Assembly (NCBI RefSeq): GCF_000315625.1
Contig: NW_005434657.1
Location: forward strand, 535,319-599,318
Source of the DNA: Guillardia theta CCMP2712
Lineage: Eukaryota > Protista > Cryptophyta
Length of the DNA stretch: 64,000 nt
Direction: 5' to 3'
Positions 35,807 through 48,029 of the stretch are shown here, one piece after another. The notes below the pieces were generated by a model. It was given only the letters and a program-made list of their open reading frames with translations, was not told where the DNA came from and ran no database searches. Every line of letters starts with the position of its first letter. Within the stretch, counting starts at the first letter, position 1. A program made the translations under genes and the position numbers.

Positions 35807-38145
35807 ATGACGACAGGAGCAAAGGAACGAAGGCATGCAGAGATCGTCCTCCTGTGGCTTGCACTGTTGCTCGCATGCAAGGTGAGAGGATCTGCCCCTC
35901 AGGCTTCATTGCGAGGCTGCGAGAGCTGCCAAGTTAGGAGGGATAATGGTTGCTGGAGTCGGATTCGGCTCAGGGGAGGAGCAAGCTCTCCTAGAGCGTC
36001 CTCTGAGATTGTGGAGATAGAACGAGAAGATTCGGAGATCTGCCTGGAAACGGCAAAGAAGGACGTGTTCGATACTTCGTCCTCTGACGAAGATGTCTTT
36101 GCCTCGTCCAACTCCGAGCGTGCGAAGGAGGTGGTGGTTGTTCAGGATGAGGAGGAGAGGCTCGAGGTCTTCAACAACAGCGAGTACAACGAATTTGACG
36201 ACCCGGTGTTGAATCCCTCAGCTCAATACTTCCTTACCAGATGCCCTGGAGGGAAAGCTGATGCTGGCAACTACATTGGAAGTTGTAGATACTTCATTTA
36301 CCGGCTGGCTGATGAAGCCTGGAGCGGAGAAATGGACATGGCAACCTTGAGGATGTGCTTTCAAGCTATGAAGGCATCTGAACTGGTGATGGAGCCTGGA
36401 ATGTTGAACATGTGCATGTTCATGGTTGCTGGAAGAGCGCACGGTGGAGACGCAGGTGTGGAAGACGGCATGGCCATATTGGAATGGATCCATGAAGAGA
36501 ACAAGACAGCAGGAGGGATGGACTGGGGACTTGATCGACCCAAGAGAATGAATGGAGAAGATTATGCTGACATGATCCATGAGCGACTGAATTACTCGAG
36601 CTGCGACGAGCGGATGCGAGACTATCATCCCTGGACTGACTACGCCGGCAACACCCTCCGATCTTCGTATGAGATACTGCTGTCTGTAATTCAAGGAACG
36701 CCTTGCGATACCCGCATGTCACTCATCTGAAGAACTTGTTGCAGGTGCTGGTAAACATGGAAAGGCAACCCTGACCGATGCCCAACGAGTCATAGACGAG
36801 ATGATTGAGTATGGAGTTGAGCCGGATATGGGCACTTACTCGCAACTCCTGCTGACTGTCGCGAGTTTGGCCAACAGTGGAAGGTGACAAGTATCGATCT
36901 CATCGGGGATCTAAGATGATTGTCACAGGGCTTCCATGCGTGACGCCAATGCGATCATGGAGCGCATGATGGAGGAAGGAATTAAACCATGTACTCTGAC
37001 TTATGGATCCTGGTGTGCAGTCGTTGCGTCTTGTGCCGGCAACGAGGAAGGAGTGACGTGGCGCGATGGAGAGGCGATCTTGGAGATTGTCTACCGCCTA
37101 GGAATCCGACCTGATTCGCAGCTTTTTTGTTATATCATGAAAGCAGCCGCCAACCAGGCAGAACGAGGAGTTGCAACCCCTTGGAGTCCAGGCGAATATG
37201 TCTACGATCCTGTCCGAGATGCAGAGCACATCCTCAAGCTGATGGATCGTGTATATCCCAAGATGTATCCTGGAGATAGCATTCTGGATGGATACATAGA
37301 CCTGGTGAAAGCGGCGGTGAAGCGGAACAAAGCTGGTATAAACGAGGCAAAGGTGCGAAGAGGGGCTCTTTTACTTCATTTCTTTAAAGTTGTTGCAGCG
37401 AATTTTGCAAGTACTGCAGGAGGTGGATGATTCGCTCTGCCACATCGAGGACGGAACCGTGCGGATAAGATCTGATTGCTGGGAGGACAGACCGATGGAC
37501 TTAGGCCCCAACATCGACTTCTTCAACTCTTATCTCGAACTAGTCCAGCTCTGCTTCAATGTAAGTTTTCTATTTCTTGCCTTTCACTCTATTCGCCATG
37601 TGCAGTAGCTGTGCAGTAGCTGAATCATACGCAACTCCTCCTGTCATCCAAACTACATTGACTTGTCTTGGCAGCGCGGGGGCGCGAACCTTGCGGATAT
37701 TTTGCAGCCTGTTTTGCTACTGAAGAACTGGTCCTTGGTAAGTTTCGATCAGCTGCTTGTATCATGCCCACATGATTTTCAGGTGGGGGACTTGAAGACA
37801 AAGACGATCCTCAAGGATATTCTGACCCACCAAGAAGAATCTTGCGGAGGGTGCAGAGAGCACTCGTGCCACCTTCATGGCCCACAAGTCGAAGAACTCC
37901 GAAAGCAGGTGAATTCACGTTTGTCTCTTTCTTCTCTTTCAACTTGTGCTGGAGTCGGTGACAATCTTTCATAGTTGGAGGCGATGCATGATCTTCCCTT
38001 TGACCTGATGTGGCTCCGCTACGAGAGGAAGTACAAACGTGAGCCGTACGTTCAGAGCGTTCCAGGTGTTCGATTCCGTTACGACGAGGCACCTCCAGAA
38101 TGGTTGTACAAGGACATCTGGGACGGGCTGAAGGCGATCAACTGA
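35807..38145 (+). CDS. Pentatricopeptide repeat (PPR) protein with N-terminal signal peptide
   Basis: MTTGAKERRHAEIVLLWLALLLACKVRG (signal peptide), then RIRLRGG. PPR motifs AQRVIDEMIEYGVEPDMGTYSQLL, ANAIMERMMEEGIKPCTLTYGSW, GEAILEIVYRLGIRPDSQLFCYIMKAA. Ends LKAIN*. Confidence 0.8.
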
Positions 38146-38166
38146 GCGGGAGGTAATGGTTTCCCC

Positions 38167-40300
38167 TCAGCTTGAAAAGTGCTCATTGAGGAAATCGATG
38201 ATCCTCGTTGCAACCTGTCAAACTATCAGCATTGAAGCAGCTTGTCTGGATTGCGCCAGATATTCTTCACCGCTCTCTGCGCATGCAGGATCACGTTGTG
38301 GCCGGCGTCTCGTGCGACGAAGACATGGGCGTGAGGGAAAAGTTCTTCACATCGTCGCATCACTGTGAAGGGGACAAGCTTGTCCTTCTCTCCGAATATC
38401 TGTCGAAAGAGATGATCAGAAACGACAGAACGACAGAAAAGAAGAGAACTGCAGAGACAACCACAACGAGATGCACTACCAGGAGTGTTGGAAGTTTCTC
38501 TCTGGACAGCTCCTGCAAGATTCCTGTGTTGTCTGCCAGCAAGTTTCCTTCGCAAACGAAAGATTGGAGAACAAGCTGTCTTGGGCAGCGCTACAAGGGA
38601 TAAGAACTTGAAGACCAGAAGAGAACTTTGCTTACTTGATGCTGTGTCAACCAAAGCGCCGCGAGGAAGCGGAAGGAGTTGATGTACTGCATCATCGCCC
38701 GCTGCACCAGTGCATTTTTTTGTGTACTATAGAGAGCAGCCAACTGCCGAGAAGAGATGTCAAGCCTGGATTCTACTCGTTCATAGAGTGCTTACTTGCT
38801 GAGAAGTTGGGCCTAGCAAAGAGGACAAATGCCTCAAGACAAGCCCTCCCAGAGGCGTAGCAAGCCTGAAGAAGAGGATGAGTTCAATGGCGATTTAGGC
38901 TTTCTACTCACGCTGAGACGAAAGGAAAGTTGGCATAGAAGCAAAGACCTTTGTGGAGCAGATTCAAGCTAACATGCTTGCTTCTGAAATCTTCATCCTT
39001 CTTGTTTAGACCTGAGAGGGGGGAAGTGAACAAAAGAAAGGCCTGAATGTACGGAAACCGGCTGCAGGGGCGATCAGAGTCAACGAAAGCACTTTCTCCT
39101 CGTTCTCAGTCGCAAAGATGGTAGCGACTAGGCAGCCAAGAGAAAATCCGACGAGGTGAATGCTCTTGTTGAGCTGCTTGTACTTTACAAGAGGTGAAAC
39201 CATTCAATTGCAACGAAACCTTCAGGCTCGAAAGGAGGCTTGCAAGCTGCTTGGACAGCAGGAAAGGAGTGTAGTGAGCGTCGGTAGGAACAGCTGAGTC
39301 TCCGTGTCCTATCAAATGTCAAACAAGCTCGATGCAATTGCTGCTCAACCCCAAAAATCGAACGAGACGACGTCCCAACCCTCCTGCATGAGCGAAGACT
39401 GGCAGATTGTCAAAGGAAGCAGACGATTTCCCGCTTCTGCGCACCATGTAGGAAGACCAAACATCGCAAGTCATCGACACGCCATGAAGAAGAACGATCG
39501 TTCCTCTTGCCACTCCTTTCGTTCGCATGTGACGATATCGAACATGCGCCAACTCGGAAGGTTCTCCCTGCCAGGTATCAGCAAACCACAGTGGCTGTGC
39601 ATCAGCTACATGCTCCACTCGATCAAGATAGTCTTGAGGGACTTCAGCGGTGAGCTGCTTGATGGTCAGAACTATATAGCAGGAAGATCAAACGACCAGC
39701 GGGTAGCTGAATCTTGCGATTTCGGACTTAGATGGCAAAGGAACGATGACGTGGCGATATTGCTCCTCAGATGACCCTTGTAGGCCCTCTGTCACCTTCA
39801 CATGATGTCACAAAGTACTCATCAAAGAATCGGTATCGTTTCACACCTCAGTTTCCAAAACGTTTGAGCTGCTCATCCCAGTGAAACTTAACCTAAGAAT
39901 GGTCAGCAACGAATCTAAGTTGGAGGCTTTCAAGACTGCACCAGAAAATTTCTTTGAAGTGATCCAGAACCAGTTTTTTATCCAGGCCAAGGAGGAAGAG
40001 GAAGTGAGAAAAGACCCATATGAGCTGTACTTTTCGTCAACGTAGTTATGATTTCTGAAGAAAAACTACCAGAGTGAAAGAAGATACCACAAGGATTAGT
40101 GTGAACAACACAAATCCACCGACAAAGAACCAGACACCTGTGGTGTGATCAAATGATCGAAACTATTCAATACAATGTTCGCGTACCATCCTCAGCATGT
40201 CTCAAACATGCAGTAGCAGGCGCAGCCTGTCACTCAATCAAAAAATGCTAGAACCGTGCAACATAGATCAAGGTTGAGAGATGGTATTCGAATCATGGCA
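38167..40300 (-). CDS. Alpha/beta-fold serine hydrolase, probable N-terminal TM helix; 5' end approximate
   Basis: IVLLHGVS (oxyanion motif), VVSFDFWG-HGDS, IHLVGFSLG (GxSxG nucleophile), SLTLIAPAAG, DAGHN (catalytic His), final exon VATRIIDFLNEHFSS*. Upstream hydrophobic exon VWFFVGGFVLFTLILVV at ~40070-40137. Confidence 0.85.
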
Positions 40301-41249
40301 TACCATCTTCGTGGTGATCTTCAAGTGACCACAGGTCTTCTCCCTCTCCCTCTCCCTCTCCCTCTCTTCCTCGTCCCTCCTCCACCACTTGGATCCAAGC
40401 ACCACCATAGTCGGGGCGTCTCCTGGCCCCCTCTGAAGGTTCCCTAGTTTACTACGGTAACTAAATTATTTAGTCAAAAATTGTGTTGACCATTGAGGCG
40501 GGCCGGTCCAGATGACATGAGGTGCGTTACAGATACCGTTACAACTTTGAAGGACTGCCATCTTTCGCAACTTCCTCGTCATGCTTGGCATGATAGAGTC
40601 TACCCCACCCCTTCACTCAAGGATTCAATTGGGTCAAGGAAGGGGGTACTCGGTAGAGGGGAGGAATGGCTCAGCCGCAGATGGCAGATCAGGTGCGTGT
40701 ACGCGAAGGCGAGAAAATGATGACGATGAGGGAGAAGAGTAAGTCTAGAACGATGAAGAGCGTTGAGATGAAGGGTGGGAGAGAGAAGATGGCTGTAGAT
40801 GGATTGACATCATGGTGGAGAAAGAGTCGGGGATAGTGGTCGCGATGCGATCTCAGGGGAGGTTGAAAAGCAGCAAGTGCGGGAGAGGAGAAAGACAACA
40901 AGCAGAAGAAAGCAAAATAGCGAGAAGGCGCCAGGTTGATGAAGCGAGGAGCAGAATTGGAGATCCAGGACGAGGAATATGAAGGGAAGGGATTCACGAA
41001 GGGGGACGTATGATTCGTAACTATAGTGAACTTGTGAAGCAACAGTGAGCTTATAGGTTTATATCCCTATAGTGATCTGTTCAACTCTAGGTGTGAGGCT
41101 GACGAATCAAAGTCGACCTGGAGATCCCCATCGGGAGCGAGACCCTTGATACACCGCTGGACTTGGTCTCGTTTCAAGAATGGCAAACACGATGGAACAG
41201 GTGGCCGTAACTGATATCTCTCTGCCATTATGACATCTGTGGAAGGAAT

Positions 41250-43925
41250 CTATGATGGAACAGATTCTGAGAGCCAGAGACCACTATCAGGTAATGACCT
41301 GAGCTCATGTCCCCGGCCCGGTACGCTCACGTTGCTCGAAAGGTCCTGGGATTGGAACGAGATTGCAATGAGATGGACATTAAGAAGTCTCATCGGTGAT
41401 GCAAATGGCTCGTGTGTGCCTTGGCTTCTGTTCTGAGGAGACTTCAACAGAAACTTGGTGAGGCTTGTTCATCCCGACAAAGTTCACTGCAGGTATGACA
41501 ATCAGCTGGGCTACTATGGTTGCCCCTCACTTGCGTGCACTTCTAGCTCCGACAGCGAGATGAAACGGACAGAACGAGCGTTCAGAGCAGTGCAGGTATA
41601 ACTTAGTTTGGTACTTGTTTGGTGGAAGATGCTTCTTCATTGCAAGCTCTCTAGGCGATCGCAGGTTTGAACTTGAGTGCAGGTCGCGTATGAAACCCTG
41701 TCACTTCCACACAAACGCAAAGCGTATGACCTGCAACTTAAGATGCAGGTGTGCACTGGGTTGTTGAGAGTTTTCATCGCCCACGATTTTGACAGGGGAA
41801 GAGTGCGCAGTTTGTACCCGGAGAAAGCAGGTTGGATCGATTTTCAACATGGGTAAATTTTTTGATTTGAACTGTGAAGCAACTCCGGAGAGGATTTGGA
41901 CGCAGAGGATGGTCCGACGACTGTTCAAGTGCTTTGTGTATATGGCCGAATGTCTTGTTACCAACTCTCTTGCTCTGCAGTTCTTCACGATGATTCTGCA
42001 AATTCTGCTTGCTGTCACGATTCATGTTGCAAAGACAGCGTTAGCTGAACTTCTTATGTTCCATACTGCACAAGCGCTTCCACTTCAGGCAATGAAAATA
42101 CATGTCTTTGTTTTTTTTACCATTTTTGTAGATTGCGATGTTGGCACACATATTTTTGTGGGCAGGTAACGGTTCGCCGTCGTGCTTGCGCCATTGATTT
42201 GAGAATGAAAGGTTTTGGATGCGGGTTTCTGACCTCGGCGATTTGGGTCGGTCTGGGTTATACACTGAACAATGTATTATGTCATCTAGGCTCAATCCAA
42301 GACTCTTGACGTTGCTTTCTTTGACTTCAGCTTGTCGGAACGAAGAAATTGTTTATTTGGATCCTCCGTCTCGGAATCTTGCAGGTTGAGATTGGTGGTT
42401 GTAGCATGTCACACAGTGATCATACCTTTCACAGTTCGAAAACTGGAATACAAAAGGAGGAATTCCTTTCTGGGCCTTCGTATTTGTCACAATCCACTTA
42501 CAGATAGGTTCATCAAATCACATCCACAGTCATGTATCTAATATTTGGCTCCTCGCCTGCAGCCTATCAGACTTCGTTCTCCTCTGCTTTCATATCAGGA
42601 GTGATGGCAGGCCTGACAATATTGATCGGTACCTCATGTACCATCTTAATTTTCTTCTTACCTTACTCAACAGGACTCTTAATGCCGAACATGTCGTTTG
42701 GATCGAACGCGATCTATGTTGGAGGAGGTGCATGTCCACCGCTGCCGGCATATTGACAGGAGTGAACATTTACTTGCAGTCATCGCATTTGTCGGAGTCT
42801 ATTATTGCAGTGTCGACGTATTCGGTGCAATCTTCGTCGGAATCCTTGCCTGGCACTTCCTCCAGGGACTCCCGACGGTAAGAGAGCTTGTGTTACAATG
42901 GCCTTGTTCGTGGGTTTCACATCACAGACTTTTGATCTGCGACACAGGTTTGTCTCGGGACATTGGGTATGGTATTGCTGTACATCGTATATCGGTGAGC
43001 CTTTGACTCTTGCGTCTCTATGGTGTTATTCGGTTGACTTGCGATCAGATTAAGCATATCAGTCTTGCTGTTTGTCTTTGCATTGGTAACTTCCGATGGC
43101 GATGCCTTTCTGTTTAGGTCACTTTCTTTCTGTCAGGTCATCCTTTTCTTGGGGTCTGAGCAGGTAGAGCTTGTTTCTCTACAAGCAACGAGCTTTGTTC
43201 GTTCGGTGGACTCAAAATTGGCTTGCAGAGCTTACTCCTCGTTGTCATCGTTCTTCTTTCGGCCATCATCTCGGTGGACACGTTTTTTGTGCATCTCAAG
43301 TCCCGTCTCATTCACTTCTAGATCTCCAACTATGGCTTCTGGAGCTTTTTCCTCTACTTCCTCGCGGTGTACGGGGGGAGGAGAATGATCAAGGGGAAGC
43401 GCCTCGGCAAGAGGATGGTGAAGCCTCAAGCTAGAAGCAGGCACGAGCTGAATAGAACGCTGCAGATCCTCTCCGTCGGGCTAATCTGGTGTCTCGAGTG
43501 TGGTTTCCTCTCCGGCATGCTGGTGAATGAGAAGCGCTTCATGCTCTCCCTTGCTTATGCAGCTTTCAGTGTGCTTTCATCTCGTACATCGCAGGGGAGA
43601 TCCTCGTGGCGACAAGGGATGTGGAGCATGACGATGGCGTATGTGAAGCCCAGCGGCAGGACGAGCAACTGATGTCTTGACAGGAATATCGACCTCGCAA
43701 GGATGGAAGCGCAGGAGACGATGGTGATGCTCTTGACAAGAACGATGGCGCATGTTGAGAATCTGTGACAGGCAAGAGCAAGAGCACGCCCAACGCGAAG
43801 AAGAACAACAAGAAAGGTCGCAAGTGAAGCCTGGAAGGCGCTGACTCGAATATTCTTTCAAGTAAAGATCCTTTCTCTTCTTTCCAGCTGCTATGTCGCC
43901 ACGTTCCGATCCGAGCTCGCCTCAT
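41250..43925 (-). CDS. Hypothetical multi-exon protein with N-terminal hydrophobic segment (type II membrane-like); boundaries uncertain
   Basis: MRRARIGTW...RPFLLFFFALGVLLLLP followed by exon-like pieces (EEVEEKAPEAIVGDLEV..., EEVPGKDSDEDCTEYVDTAIIDSDKCDDCK, LDDIIHCSVYNPDRPK...). No family recognised. Confidence 0.4.
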
Positions 43926-44201
43926 TTTGGTTGGCTGGAAAGAGTGAGGGCAGCAATTAAAGGTCTCCCTGATTCCCTGTAAAAAATGAAGAGGCAGCAA
44001 TTGCCATTATTCCAAGCCCACCTCAGAATGATATGAAAGTGATCCGCAAAACTGGGTGACCGTAAGGATCCATGCAGACCAGAGGAGGCGATGGAGGAGG
44101 CGGAGGACGAGAAAGAGGAGGAGAGGATCGAAGAGGAAGATAACGAGGGATACCCAGAGGAGGATTCTCAGCACGGACTGCTGAACTCAATCGTCTAATC
44201 G

Positions 44202-47200
44202 ATGTATGCTGCTCTCCCGACGCGCTACTTCTGTTGTTATGTTGTCGCCATCGTCCTTGTACTCAAAGGACGACAAGTCGATGGCATGTCTGCGACTTCC
44301 GGAGGACATCTCAACACCTACATACCGAAGGCTTCAGTCGAAATGTTGCTAGATGAAGCAGAGGCCGCGATGAGGTTCTCACGATTCTCCTGCTACTCGT
44401 CCTGACCTCGAATGCTAGTCGTGGGGAGGTAGAGAAGGCATTGCAAACATACAACAGAGCGATCGCAGAGGACCCTTCCTGCGAGAAGTAAGCTTGATGT
44501 CACCGCATGGCGATCCTAAGGCTCCTGTAGGCTTTATGCGTCCAGAGCAAGTGCGCTGTTGAAGATGAATCGTCTGCAGGAGGTTTGACGCGCAGTTGGG
44601 TTTGTGAGCATGTGATGTCGAGCAACAGGCGTTGGATGATGCGTTCACTGCCAAGAGACTGTCAGGTTGCAAGATACTCGTTGAGCTGACAAGCAAGAAT
44701 CGGTGGACTCATGTCAAGCAGGCGATCGCAACAAGAACATAATGCAGGAACTGCGGTGAGAGCCATGTGCTGAAGAAAGCTGTTCTCATAGAGCGTTAGG
44801 GAGGACGCGATCGAGCAGGAGGAAGAAGACGTTCTGATCAAGTTTCGAATCAAGACGACTCACCCCTTACGTGTCGGAGAATGTGTCTACATCGCTGGTG
44901 CTCGCCAAGGGCAGCGCGGAACATCATTGATGGCTGCGTTCAGGAAATCACGCAAAGCTTGGAGGTTGGGATCCAGAGAAAGGACTCAAGTACTTGATGT
45001 CTATCTTCTTGCAGCTCCGATGAATTTGATTGCTTGCTTCAAGGCTGCAGGAAGTAGCGGAAGGAGATGAAAACTCGGCGACTTCAGAGCGCTTGTGGGA
45101 GGGGTGTCAGATGGTTGATTGCAAGGATGCGGTAAGGACTTGTTCGCATGTCGACCTGCTTGCAGTCAACTGCTCCTGTCCTCTAGGAATTTCTGCTGTA
45201 CAAGTACGTCACTGGGTACCCAAAGAAGGGAAAGTGGAGGTGCGAAGCACTGGCTGATGCTGTTGTTGAGGCGTGAGCCAGGTGGGAAGACAAAGTGAAG
45301 CTGAGATCGTTCTCTTCAAGTGAGAGGGATACGTTAAAGAAGCACAAGGAATGATCTCTGCTCCCCTGCTCTTGCCCCTAACAGTCTCCTGCAGGCGAAG
45401 ACGCAAGAGGAGAAGGGCAACGTCACGATCTTCCTCAAGGATGACGGGGAATTCAACGTGTTCGTGGACGAAGACGAGGAGCCGGCGTCGCCTCAACGAG
45501 CGCCGCCGGGGTACTCGATCTCGGAGTGTAGCTCTCCTACCTGTGATGCTGCCTTTGATTTCAGGTCGAGACACCAACAAGGTCAACAACTTGCAGTGGT
45601 GAAAGACAGTCCAAGCACAAGCTGTGTCTCCTTTCAGATTCAGGTGAGTTGATTTCCTGGACGGGGGCAAGAGGTGTATGCAATAACTATGAAGAAATTC
45701 TTCTCCCTTCCTCTCTTTTACTCTCCCTCCCCCCCGTCCTCTTCGTCTCCATCCTGTCATTCCCTGACAAACGCTCTCGTTTCCACAGGTAGAAACACAG
45801 TTTGGGGATGAAGTCTACATCTGCGGCTCATGTCCTGAGCTCGGGAGTTGGGTACCAGCACTTAGCAGGAAGCTGATGACCAACAAGGTCAACTAGTTCT
45901 GTCCTCCGAGACGTTCTGCCCTGCTAAACTGTACACGGCTCGCAGGAGATCTATCCGGTCTGGTTCACGGACATTCAGTTTCCTGTTGATGGTTGAAAGG
46001 TAGCCTCTACGCTCCCTTGCTCTGACCTGCCTGCAGGAAACACAATCAAGTACAAATATCTCATCCGTCATGCTACGGTTCGATCCTCCTGTCCTCCGCA
46101 CGCTTCACTCCTCGTTCTGCCTTGACTCCTCCCATTTCCCGTCTCTTGCTGATTTTTGATGCCCCATCTTCTCCCTTTCCCCTGCTCCACCTTGTATCGT
46201 CCAACCCCTTCCTTTACCCCTTCTCGCCCCCGTTGCCTCGCCCTCTCTCCCCCTCACTTCCGCTTCCTTCTCCCTCCCTATCTCCCTGCCTCTCCATCCT
46301 CTCTTTTTTCTGCCTTGCTCCCTCTCATCTAACACGTCAACAACAGCAAGACGAATGGATGTGGGAGGAATCGATTCACGACCGAGAGGTAAAGGGAATG
46401 GGGCACAAGCAACCTATGACTCAACTTGATCAGATCCTCCCCATCGGTGAAGCTTTCTCTGTGAACGACGGCAGGTCAGGCTGAATTTTCTCCTCCTCCT
46501 CCTCCTCCTCCTCCTCCTCCTCCTCCTCCTCTCCCGTCCTCTTCCTGCTGTCTATCTGCGAAATGCTCCTTGTTCCCATGCATCTCCTTGCTACCGATGA
46601 ACCTCTCCAATCCTTGTGTCCTACCTAAATTCTCTGTCCCTTCATCCTCTCCCTTCCTCTGCCTCCTCCGCTCTCCTCCTCATCATCCTCGACAGGTTCA
46701 ACGTGGCAAGACGGCAAATCACTTTCCAGAAGCTGCGGCCAGCAGGAGGTGAAGGTCAACCCATGATCGACGACAAGACGATCAAGTCTCAGATACTCAC
46801 CCTCGAGAAGAAGAATGCTGCACTCGAGGTTTGAAGCGACTGCTCCTCTCCCACCTCCTGCCCACCTGCGAGTTCTTCCTCTCGTATCTCCTTGCTCTTC
46901 ACCCCTGTTTCCTCTCCCTCCTGCCTTGCTCGCCTCCCTCTCGCCTCATCCTCTCACTCCCCGATCAGGCAGATATCTCCGAGCTGCAGAAGAAACACTC
47001 CCTCGCCCTCCAAGAGGTCGAGGCCCTCCGAGTCCAGGTGAGGGTCAGCAGGAGCGTCAGCTGGGGATTGACGCTGATGGACATTCAGTCGGGGGAGGAA
47101 GGAGCCGAAGTTGCCCTCGGCCTCCTCACCAAAGTTCAGGTGAAGCGAGAGCAGCGAAAGTTTGACCGACTGACGAGCGGGACGAGCAGAGCCAGCTGTC

Positions 47201-47975
47201 AGCCCTTGAAACAGCCAGGTGACATCTGCCCCCAATGCTCATCACCATCGTCGTCACCGGCCACCATTATCAGCAGCATCTCTACATCATCAGCATCATT
47301 GCATCATCACCAGCACCAGCACCAGCACCAGCACCAGCACCAGCATTTGCATCATCATCCTCACCTCCAACAATATGAACATCAGCAGCGGAGTTGTCGT
47401 TCGGGCAGAGTTTGTCACCACTGATCTCCTCCCCTTCACTAGGTCTGCCATCGAAAAGAGGACGGCAGAAGCAAAGGTAACAAGAGGGAGAGAGGGCGCG
47501 ACATGACTGACGACGCTCTTTGTTTTCAGATGCAAATTCGAACTTTGAACGAGACCGCGATCGTAAGTCTGTCGTTCCCTCAGCTCCTCGGGCTCACGAC
47601 CGACTTAGGAATCGAAAATCGCCTACGAGAAGTGTGACGAGGAGATCAATGCGACTAAGGAATCGTCTCCTGCTCTCTCAACCTCTGACTTCATCCCTCC
47701 TCTCCTCTGCTTCTCTCTTTCTCCACTGCCCTCGTGGCTGATTGTCGACGTCACAGGCGGATTGCGACATGTTGGCAACAGAGCTTGTTCAACTGCAACA
47801 TGCTCTGAAGAAGGAGAGTTGAGATGACCCTCTCAGCAAGACATTGATTGTTACTCTTCGTGATCTCAACAGGTCGTAGAAGATGTCATGCTGAAACGAG
47901 ACGCTCTGCAAAAGATCGAAGAGCAAGACAAGCAAGCTGGACAGGTCGCCAGCTACCCCTTGTTCAATCTCAAGC

Positions 47976-48029
<54 letters not shown>

